Assembly: GCA_964509695.1 (NCBI GenBank)
Contig: CAZDXN010000002.1
Location: 6,621 to 70,620 of the forward strand
Length of the DNA stretch: 64,000 bases
Reading direction: 5' to 3'
Source: an uncultured Pseudomonadales bacterium
GTDB taxonomy: Bacteria > Patescibacteriota > Microgenomatia > UBA1400 > MFAQ01
Positions within the stretch are counted from its first letter, which is position 1; every line of letters begins with the position of its first letter. Below, one piece after another: positions 42,254-49,489 of the stretch. The position numbers and the translations under genes were made by a program. The notes below the pieces were generated by a model. The model ran no database searches. It was not told the DNA's origin and worked only from the letters and a program-made list of their open reading frames with translations.

Positions 42254-43060
42254 GTGATACAATCACTTCAAGCTGCCCAAACTACAACTATGGACGGCCA
42301 CAAACTAACAGACTCTCAAACAAATATTCTCCACTATCTCTATCGATTCCGGTTTCTTACCAGTATTCAACTGTCTAAAATTCTTAATCAAACAATCCGA
42401 TATACCAACTATCATCTCAAGGTACTCTCAGAAAAAAACTTCATCGCCAAACACTATAATCGAACACTCGGCCTCGCTAATCAACCAGCCGTTTACTATC
42501 TAGCCTCAGGAAGCATAAAGGCTTTACAAGATCAGAAAGATATAGACAATCAAGCCCTTAAACGCATTTACCGCGAAAAAAACCGTTCCCAACAATTTAT
42601 TGCTCACGCGTCATTTTTAGCCGATTATTTTCTATTCATAAGAGTCGATTCTGAAAAGTCACAACAAATACTTCACTTCTTTACCAAAACAGATCTATTG
42701 GCACATCCGTACTTTATTCATCCTTTGCCAGATGCTTATTTTGCCAGAGTAGATAAAATAAGTATGACAAAGCGCTACATGGTAGAAGTGGTCGAAGATA
42801 GTTCTCCGCGGTTTGCACTCCGGAAACGAATTGAGCAATACTGCGACTATATTGATGATGGAAAATTCACCGAGGTCACAGGCCATGATTTCCCAACCCT
42901 ACTATTTATCTGTCCAGGCTATGCCAGCTTAATCTATCTCAAAAAACACATTGCCCGCATATACGAAGAAACCTCACTTGATCAAGTTGATATCTACCTC
43001 GCTACCCGTGAGGGTGCATTTTCTGGCAGTTGGGAAAGGGTCGAAGCTGAAGATAGTTAG
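42254..43060 (+). CDS. replication-relaxation family protein (candidate relaxase-like / DNA-processing protein), GTG start
   Basis: N-terminal wHTH LTDSQTNILHYLYRFRFLTSIQLSKIL, typical of that family. Position after the coupling protein. Confidence 0.6.
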   Translation: MIQSLQAAQTTTMDGHKLTDSQTNILHYLYRFRFLTSIQLSKILNQTIRYTNYHLKVLSEKNFIAKHYNRTLGLANQPAVYYLASGSIKALQDQKDIDNQALKRIYREKNRSQQFIAHASFLADYFLFIRVDSEKSQQILHFFTKTDLLAHPYFIHPLPDAYFARVDKISMTKRYMVEVVEDSSPRFALRKRIEQYCDYIDDGKFTEVTGHDFPTLLFICPGYASLIYLKKHIARIYEETSLDQVDIYLATREGAFSGSWERVEAEDS

Positions 43061-43257
43061 TAATCTTCGCTACGGCCAAGAAACCGATTCAGTTCCTTAC
43101 GACCTTCTTCAGTTTGGCGAAACTCCCAAAATAGTTTTGAACCCTTGTTGCTTATGAAGGGTATGAACTCGGGTAGTTTGTCCATCTCGATTTTACGAAA
43201 CTCCTGTAATCTCATGTCTACTGTATAACCTTTAAAAACTGGTAGTATTCTGATCAT
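43057..43257 (-). CDS. hypothetical small protein
   Basis: 66-aa ORF, no motif recognised. Confidence 0.3.
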   Translation of the reverse strand: MIRILPVFKGYTVDMRLQEFRKIEMDKLPEFIPFISNKGSKLFWEFRQTEEGRKELNRFLGRSEDY

Positions 43258-43316
43258 ATATTTTTCCTTTCTTGGATACCCATCCGCGGGGTGGTTAGCC
43301 CCGCGGTAGGTAACTT

Positions 43317-43631
43317 TTATAACTTGGCACTTGGTACAACCTGACTAATTGGCTTCTCGCCGAAATATAAATCCCGCTCGATCCCTAACCCAAACCTACC
43401 CGTATAGCTTTGGAGTTCTTCGAGTGAGAACGAACCCCACTCATCATTCCAATCGCCGAAGATCGAGACATATCCGAAAAATTCCTTTGACTCCGGATCG
43501 TATTCCGTAGCGTACCAAGTCCCCGCACCAGTCGGATTAAAAAACTTCGCAACCACTATTGGATCTGCACTGTCCTCCTGTCTCCCTATCTTGGCGAACC
43601 TTGTTAGTAGTTCCTTGGTTAATAGCTTCAT
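43317..43631 (-). CDS. DUF2958-like protein, common on conjugative elements
   Basis: VAKFFNPTGAGTWYATEYDPESKEFFGYVSIFGDWNDEWGSFSLEELQS...GLGIERDLYF matches the pattern I recall for DUF2958. Confidence 0.6.
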   Translation of the reverse strand: MKLLTKELLTRFAKIGRQEDSADPIVVAKFFNPTGAGTWYATEYDPESKEFFGYVSIFGDWNDEWGSFSLEELQSYTGRFGLGIERDLYFGEKPISQVVPSAKL

Positions 43632-43727
43632 AATTTTTCACCTCCCTTTTTTGGCTCTCCCCGAAAATTAATTGTTGGGAAGCATGCCCATGCTTCCCAT
43701 ACCTGGGCAATTGAAAGCGGGGTGAAA

Positions 43728-43795
43728 TTTTGCAAGGGCAATCCCGCCCTGGCGGGAGCAGTTTATTGGAGGCGAAGCCGAAAACCCTTGCAAAA
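43728..43795 (+). ncRNA. candidate structured RNA element upstream of avd (closing helix plus two internal hairpins)
   Basis: ttttgcaaggg (43728-38) is the exact reverse complement of cccttgcaaaa (43785-95). It encloses tcccgc-cctg-gcggga and ggc-gaa-gcc. Confidence 0.3.
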
Positions 43796-43845
43796 AGAGG
43801 GGCAAGGCCCTTATTTGTTGCCGGTTATTTTGTCATAATGGAACC

Positions 43846-44190
43846 ATGGAAAAGTTTATCCTACATCAAAAAACCTATGATTTTATTCTTTATCTGTACC
43901 CCATCATCAACCGTTTGCCTAAAAATCATCGTCTTATACTCGGAAGGAAGCTTGAAGAATTAGCACTCGATCTTCTCATGTCTCTCATGAAAGCCAATAA
44001 AGCGCGGGAAGAAAAGAGAAAGCGGTTACAACTTGAAACATCGGACACGCTGGATTATCTGCGTATCGTGCTTCGGCTGGCGAAAGACACCCGTCTTATT
44101 AGTGTCAAACAGTATGCACATAGTGCCGAAAAGCTCAACGAAATCGGGCGCATGCTTTCCAGTTGGATGGGGTCAATCCGCAGTGTATGA
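43846..44190 (+). CDS. avd: DGR accessory variability determinant (Avd; four-helix-bundle / 23S rRNA-IVS protein family)
   Basis: 114 aa. N-terminus HQKTYDFILYLYPIINRLPKNHRLILGRKLEELALDLL. Basic helical protein immediately 5' of the TR. Confidence 0.85.
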   Translation: MEKFILHQKTYDFILYLYPIINRLPKNHRLILGRKLEELALDLLMSLMKANKAREEKRKRLQLETSDTLDYLRIVLRLAKDTRLISVKQYAHSAEKLNEIGRMLSSWMGSIRSV

Positions 44191-44221
44191 TACAAGAGGG
44201 AAAGATCAGTCAAAACGCAAC

Positions 44222-44341
44222 ACGCCTTTCTCCGCGGCGGCAATTGAAATAACACGTCCAACGCTGGGGCGTTTACAGCGAATCTGAACAACACGCCGGG
44301 GAATACGAACAACAACATCGGGTTTCGTTGCGCCAGCGATC
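44222..44341 (+). repeat. DGR template repeat (TR)
   Basis: 120 nt colinear with 49370-49489. It has 32 adenines and 11 in-phase AAY codons. Confidence 0.93.
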
Positions 44342-44540
44342 TTGCTCACTTTGCCCGTACCCGCAAAGTACGCGCCAGAACGTGTGGTATGTATTTACGG
44401 ATACATATCCGGGGTTTTATGGATCACAGCGGTCTTTTCCTTTCCGATAGTGGGTTTGGGAAAACATCATGCCTGTATTTTTACTATTCTCGACAAGCGG
44501 ATGGTAAAGTAAATGGGTGATAACAAGATAGGGTACGAAA

Positions 44541-44577
44541 GACAAACCCTGCGACAAAAGCGGGGTTTGTCGTTTTT
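44541..44577 (+). terminator. terminator-like hairpin plus U-tract ending 1 nt before the RT start codon (TR-RT spacer)
   Basis: gacaaaccctgc-gacaaaa-gcggggtttgtc (12 bp with one G:U), then gttttt, then ATG at 44578. Confidence 0.5.
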
Positions 44578-45669
44578 ATGTATACACACCTCTATGACCT
44601 GGAAAATTTATTGTATGCGTATGCGCAGGCACAACAGGATAATCGCTATAAGCGAAAGATTTGTGCGTTCACTTTTTCACTTGAGGAAAATCTCTTTGAT
44701 TTGAGGTGGGAATTGAGCCGGGGCCTCTATGTGCCGCGTCCGTATACCTACTTCATGCTTCATGATCCAAAGACGCGCAGCATCGCCGCGCCGAATTTTC
44801 GTGATAGAGTTGTCCAACATGCATTGGTCAATGTCATTCAACCTCTTTTTGAACGTCAATTTATTTACGACTCCTATGCTTGCCGCACGAACAAAGGCAC
44901 ACATTTTGCCGCCAAGCGACTGAAGAAGTTTCTCATGGCGGCTCGGTCTTTCCATGGCAAAGATACCCCAATCTATGTGCTTCAGTGTGACATTCGCAAA
45001 TTCTTCCAGAGTGTTTCTTGGGATATTCTTCTTAAGATTATCGGCAAAACTATTTCCTGCCAGAAAACAGTGTCTCTGATTAAGACGATCGTTACTACCC
45101 ACCACAATGTTGTACCTGCCCAAACACCTCTTTGTTCGCAATTATCACTTTTTTCTTCCAGTGAAAACCCTGCGGAAACAAGTATTTCAGTTGCGCAGAG
45201 AACAGGTTTACCGATCGGCAATCTGACGAGCCAGCTCTTTGCGAATGTTTACCTCAATGCGTTGGATCACTTTATTAAAGACCGCCTGCGTATCCGCTGG
45301 TACGGACGATACATGGACGACTTCTTTGTGTTGCACCACGACCGAGCGTATCTAAAACAGCTTTGCGACACGATTAATACTTTTCTTCAGCAGAAACTCC
45401 ATCTTTGCCTGCATCCAAAGAAATTAACGATTAAAAATGTTTCTAGCGGCGTGCCGTTTGTCGGATACCGGATATTTTACGACCATGTGCTGGTTCGGGG
45501 AAATACGCTTCGACGCATTGAGCGTAGCTATCGCTCTAAAGTAAAACAGGCCAAGCACGGCCGGTTGACCAGTCAAAAACTCGCTCAAACCAAGGCTTCC
45601 ATTATCGGTCATTTCAAGCACGCAAACAGCTACGGTTTGACCAAAAAGTTATTTGAGAAAAATGAATAG
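44578..45669 (+). CDS. DGR reverse transcriptase
   Basis: RT motifs include RYMDDFFVL (YxDD) and LPIGNLTSQLFANVYL, the [LIV]GxxxSQ signature that replaces the QG motif in DGR RTs. No maturase/X or endonuclease domain. Confidence 0.9.
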   Translation: MYTHLYDLENLLYAYAQAQQDNRYKRKICAFTFSLEENLFDLRWELSRGLYVPRPYTYFMLHDPKTRSIAAPNFRDRVVQHALVNVIQPLFERQFIYDSYACRTNKGTHFAAKRLKKFLMAARSFHGKDTPIYVLQCDIRKFFQSVSWDILLKIIGKTISCQKTVSLIKTIVTTHHNVVPAQTPLCSQLSLFSSSENPAETSISVAQRTGLPIGNLTSQLFANVYLNALDHFIKDRLRIRWYGRYMDDFFVLHHDRAYLKQLCDTINTFLQQKLHLCLHPKKLTIKNVSSGVPFVGYRIFYDHVLVRGNTLRRIERSYRSKVKQAKHGRLTSQKLAQTKASIIGHFKHANSYGLTKKLFEKNE

Positions 45670-45743
45670 ACGGTCTCTCTTGCAATTCTCGCGAATTGTT
45701 GATATTATTAGACTAATAAGTAGACTGATTTTAGACTAATTAT

Positions 45744-46958
45744 ATGGCCGTCACAATATCAAAAAATCCGTTCCGAACGCCGTTTTTATCCCACTTTATT
45801 TTTACTCCTGATCTATTACCGTTCTCTGATGAGGAAATTGTAAAGCGCGATCAAGATCTTGCCGAATTTGAACAGATTTTTTTGAACCCGGATATAGAAA
45901 AAAACCTGATCAGTAAAAATGAACTTTTGGCCTCCTATGCGATTTCCAAAGCTGAACATTCGACACTTACCTTGGCGGAAGCACAAAACGTCTATACCGT
46001 AGTGCTTGCCGCACAGGAGTATGTCTTTATTCGGGAAAAGTTAAACGCCGGCAAACGGCTCACGCAAAAAGATCACGACAAGTTGGAGTTTTTTAATATT
46101 GCGAAAACGTTTCGAGAGTTTAATCAAGTTCCGTTTTCCCTCGATATGCTATCCCCACATTTTATCCAAAACCTCCATGCCTCCCTTACGCAAGGTATGG
46201 ACGTGTTTAAAACATATCTTAGTGAGTTCACGGTGTACAAATCCGGTAACTGGCGGGACAATGATCGCATACGTGTGGGCGAGTATGCTCCCGCGCCGCA
46301 TATACAAATTGCCAGTGGTGTGGATGAACTTATCGCCTGGGTGAAAACGCATCCATCCCCCGTAGGAATTGCTATCTTTCATACTGCATTCTACGCATTG
46401 CACCCGTTTCACAACGGTAACAAGCGGATTTGTCGTATCCTGGAGCATTTGTTATTTCGGAGCATTGGCCTGAATCGGAAAAACCTCTACAGTACCTCTT
46501 ACTATTACCACAAAGAAAAACTCAGATATTATAAATATCTTCTTTACAGCCTCGAGCGCAACAACCTCAACCACTTTGTCAACTTCATTCAGGAATCATT
46601 AATGTTATCCATGCTTTCGGTGATCAAAATGAGCCTGGAATCAAAACGTCACGAGTATCTTACCAAACATACAACAGGTGATTTGATCTTACGGAATATC
46701 TTAAAGCCTTTGGTGAAACGTGAGGAACTACAGTTTAAACACCTTCTCAAACCTGTCGGTCATAAAATGGCACGACAAACTTTTGTGTCCAACTTAAAGC
46801 GCGCAGGGCAAGAAAACATTATCGTCAAAAGAGAGTCCGGGCGTTCTACCTATTACCGCCTGGCATTGATAACCCAGGAGGAAAACGTCGTTGCCCAGTG
46901 GCTGACATTTATCAAAGAACGGTTATCCTTTGTTCCCGATGATTTTCTTCTCGCATAA
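45744..46958 (+). CDS. Fic/DOC-family protein with a non-canonical active-site motif
   Basis: HPFHNGNKRICR versus the canonical HPFx[D/E]GNGRxxR. Confidence 0.7.
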   Translation: MAVTISKNPFRTPFLSHFIFTPDLLPFSDEEIVKRDQDLAEFEQIFLNPDIEKNLISKNELLASYAISKAEHSTLTLAEAQNVYTVVLAAQEYVFIREKLNAGKRLTQKDHDKLEFFNIAKTFREFNQVPFSLDMLSPHFIQNLHASLTQGMDVFKTYLSEFTVYKSGNWRDNDRIRVGEYAPAPHIQIASGVDELIAWVKTHPSPVGIAIFHTAFYALHPFHNGNKRICRILEHLLFRSIGLNRKNLYSTSYYYHKEKLRYYKYLLYSLERNNLNHFVNFIQESLMLSMLSVIKMSLESKRHEYLTKHTTGDLILRNILKPLVKREELQFKHLLKPVGHKMARQTFVSNLKRAGQENIIVKRESGRSTYYRLALITQEENVVAQWLTFIKERLSFVPDDFLLA

Positions 46959-47055
46959 CCTGTCGGTAGATTAGTGGCTTGCACTTGCGCTTGCATACCC
47001 CAGACATAAATACTACTATGATAATGTACGGGATTGGACATCAATCCTGGTTTTT

Positions 47056-47403
47056 GTGTACCGTCGGACACATATGAAAAACGAAGCCAATATACCCACT
47101 AAAATCGCCATTTTTCAAGGCAAAAAAGTGCGCAAGATTATTTTCAATAATGAGTGGTGGTTTGTAATAGTCGATGTGGTTTCCGCTCTTACCGATTCCG
47201 CACAACCCGATGGTTATGTTAAAGATATGCGACGTCGAGATAATGAACTTTCCAAAGGGTGGGGGCAAATTGCCACCCCCCTTTCTGTAGAAACTGCTGG
47301 TGGAAAACAAAAACTGAATTGTGCCAATACAGAAGGATTATTCAGGGAATTCAATTTAAACCCGTCGAATTCGATGGATTTAGGAATGAGGTTTACACTA
47401 TGA
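47056..47403 (+). CDS. Bro-N / antirepressor-like DNA-binding domain protein, possibly 3'-truncated
   Basis: FQGKKVRKIIFNNEWWFVIVDVVSALT...ANTEGLFR. The sequence becomes unrelated at the point where homologues normally continue. Confidence 0.5.
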   Translation: MYRRTHMKNEANIPTKIAIFQGKKVRKIIFNNEWWFVIVDVVSALTDSAQPDGYVKDMRRRDNELSKGWGQIATPLSVETAGGKQKLNCANTEGLFREFNLNPSNSMDLGMRFTL

Positions 47404-47413
47404 AAAAACTACC

Positions 47414-48247
47414 ATGACCACTCAAAAAACACACAAAATTTCGGTAAAAGGGATAGAAATCGTAATCTTTGTTAATGAAGAGTCTGACTATATTTCTCTG
47501 ACTGATATCGCTAAATTTAAAGACAAAGAACGAACAGAATACGTGATCCAAAATTGGATGAGAAATCGTGATACTATCGAATTTTTGGGAATTTGGGAAC
47601 ATTTGAACAATCCAAGTTTTAAACACATCGAATTCGATGTGTTTAAAAATAATGCAGGATCAAATAGTTTTTCCCTTACACCAAAACGCTGGATAAAATC
47701 AGTTAATGCTATTGGGTTAATTAATAAATCTGGTCGATACGGTGGCGGTACCTTTGCTCACAAGGATATTGCATTTGAGTTCGCGTCCTGGATCTCAGCA
47801 GAATTCAAACTCTACATCATTAAAGAATTCCAACGCCTGAAAAATGAAGAACAAAAAAAGATTGAATCTGGTTGGGATGTCAAACGAATTCTCACCAAGA
47901 TCAACTACAAAATCCACACTGATGCCATTAAAGAACATTTGATCCCTAAAAACATCTCTAGCAATAGGGCTAACATTGTCTACGCTAACGAAGCAGATGT
48001 ATTAAATGTAGCCTTGTTTGGCAAAACTGCTAAAGAATGGCGAGACGAAAACACCAGTAAAGATGGGAATATCCGTGATTTTGCAGATGTCACTCAACTG
48101 GTCGTGCTGGCTAACCTGGAGGGGATGAACGCCGAGCTTATCCGCCAAGGCATGATGCAACCTGACCGACTGGTACAACTTAATCAGATTGCTATTGTCC
48201 AGATGCGGTCATTGCTTGATAATAGCAGTGTAAAGAAATTACTATGA
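47414..48247 (+). CDS. KilA-N domain protein
   Basis: YISLTDIAKFK...NWMRNRDTIEFLGIWEHLNNPSFK...GRYGGGTFAHKDIAFEFASWISAEFKLYIIKEFQRLK. Confidence 0.8.
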   Translation: MTTQKTHKISVKGIEIVIFVNEESDYISLTDIAKFKDKERTEYVIQNWMRNRDTIEFLGIWEHLNNPSFKHIEFDVFKNNAGSNSFSLTPKRWIKSVNAIGLINKSGRYGGGTFAHKDIAFEFASWISAEFKLYIIKEFQRLKNEEQKKIESGWDVKRILTKINYKIHTDAIKEHLIPKNISSNRANIVYANEADVLNVALFGKTAKEWRDENTSKDGNIRDFADVTQLVVLANLEGMNAELIRQGMMQPDRLVQLNQIAIVQMRSLLDNSSVKKLL

Positions 48248-49395
48248 CAAAAATTATTGAGCGATTGAAGCACTACCTCTTTACCCCCCGTTTCCACTTT
48301 TCGCGGTTTCAATTTAATCTGGTCGCCCTTCTTTTTATCACCGTCGGTTTCATTACCGGCACGTATCTCACGCTCAAGGGCATCACGAGCATCTTTGCGC
48401 TCAATGATACAAATAAAACCTGGACGTTTAATACCGCCAATGCCGGTAGCTACACGTATGATTCAACGCTGGTCACGGTGGATGATACAGGAGCGCATTC
48501 GGTGGCCAACAAACTCACCAATCCCGCCTTTGCGTCGGATAATTCCTCCTGGAGTACGGGAGCGGTGCCAGCCTCTGGCTGGGTGGAAGTGCCGGGCAAC
48601 AGCACGTACTCCACAACAAACTTTTTGGCCATGAAATATGAAGCCAAATGTGCGGCGACCTCTGACGCCACAACAGGCTTGACCAGTCCTGACTCGGGGT
48701 ATCACACGTACTCGGATAGCACCACCACCTGTACGTCAGGCAACAGCAAACAAGTCGTCTCGGTGGCCTCCGGCTACCCGATTGCCAACGTTTCACAAAC
48801 CAACGCCATCACCCGCTGTAGTACGGTATCCTTAAACGGCAACGCTGCGCACCTTATTACCAACGCCGAGTGGATGACGGTAGCTCGAAACGCCGAAGCC
48901 CAGGCGGGTAACTGGAGTTTGGGAAGTGTGGGAAGCGGGTATCTTTTCGCCGGACACAATGACAACGCCCCGGCCCTGGCGCTTGCTGCCTCAACCACCG
49001 ACACCGGCAACAATGCCTGCGCCTACACCGATACGGCAGGAACAACGGAAGCGCCAAGTAGCTGTCCCACCAATACCGGCAATAACACGTCCGGGACTGC
49101 CGGCAATCAAAAGCGCGTTTTAACGCTCTCAAACGGCGCATACATTTGGGATATCCCCGGCAACGTCTGGGAATGGACCAATGATACGATTCAAGGCAAA
49201 GACCAGCCGACCAATGCCTCTCCGGGCTTTGCCTGGCGGGAGTTTACCGCGCTGACCACCTACGGCACGCTCACCTACGACAAAGTCCGTCCTTTGGCGA
49301 GTACGTACGACGCCACGTACGGCGTAGGGCGCATGTATTCCGACGGAACTTCCTCTAATACCACCGTCTACGCCTTTCTCCGCGGCGGCGCTTGA
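48244..49395 (+). CDS. DGR target protein, N-terminal part as read with the standard code: TM anchor plus FGE-sulfatase/C-type-lectin-fold domain, ending at a TGA inside the VR
   Basis: TM FNLVALLFITVGFITGTYLTL. GNVWEWTND (FGE/CLec signature). Ends ...YAFLRGGA-TGA. Confidence 0.8.
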   Translation: MTKIIERLKHYLFTPRFHFSRFQFNLVALLFITVGFITGTYLTLKGITSIFALNDTNKTWTFNTANAGSYTYDSTLVTVDDTGAHSVANKLTNPAFASDNSSWSTGAVPASGWVEVPGNSTYSTTNFLAMKYEAKCAATSDATTGLTSPDSGYHTYSDSTTTCTSGNSKQVVSVASGYPIANVSQTNAITRCSTVSLNGNAAHLITNAEWMTVARNAEAQAGNWSLGSVGSGYLFAGHNDNAPALALAASTTDTGNNACAYTDTAGTTEAPSSCPTNTGNNTSGTAGNQKRVLTLSNGAYIWDIPGNVWEWTNDTIQGKDQPTNASPGFAWREFTALTTYGTLTYDKVRPLASTYDATYGVGRMYSDGTSSNTTVYAFLRGGA

Positions 49396-49489
49396 AATGA
49401 CGCGTCCGTCGCTGGGGCGTTTACAGCGAGTCTGGGCGGCACGCCGGGGGATACGGGCGGCTACATCGGGTTTCGTTGCGCCAGTGATC
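49370..49489 (+). repeat. DGR variable repeat (VR)
   Basis: Gap-free match to the TR at offset 5148. 17 substitutions at TR adenines and 1 at a C near the 3' end. Encodes ...GYIGFRCASD. Confidence 0.93.

Noticed and set aside
44033-44318. ORFs 44033-44287 (+) and 44055-44318 (-) covering the avd 3' end and the TR
   Set aside because: They overlap avd and the non-coding TR, have no motifs, and the TR is expected to function as RNA template rather than coding sequence.
44578-45669. Group II intron or retron reverse transcriptase
   Set aside because: There is no maturase (X) or En domain and no flanking intron RNA domains (no domain V-like hairpin). There is no msr/msd-type inverted repeat pair. 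An adjacent Avd, a TR/VR pair with adenine-specific mismatches and the IGNLTSQ motif all point to a DGR RT.
49393-49440. Selenocysteine insertion at TGA 49393-49395
   Set aside because: No convincing SECIS-type hairpin follows the codon. The only self-complementary piece (gacgcgtc) is created by VR-specific substitutions and is absent from the TR. The region is hypervariable by design, the homologous position is Trp rather than Cys/Sec, and no sel genes are in the window.
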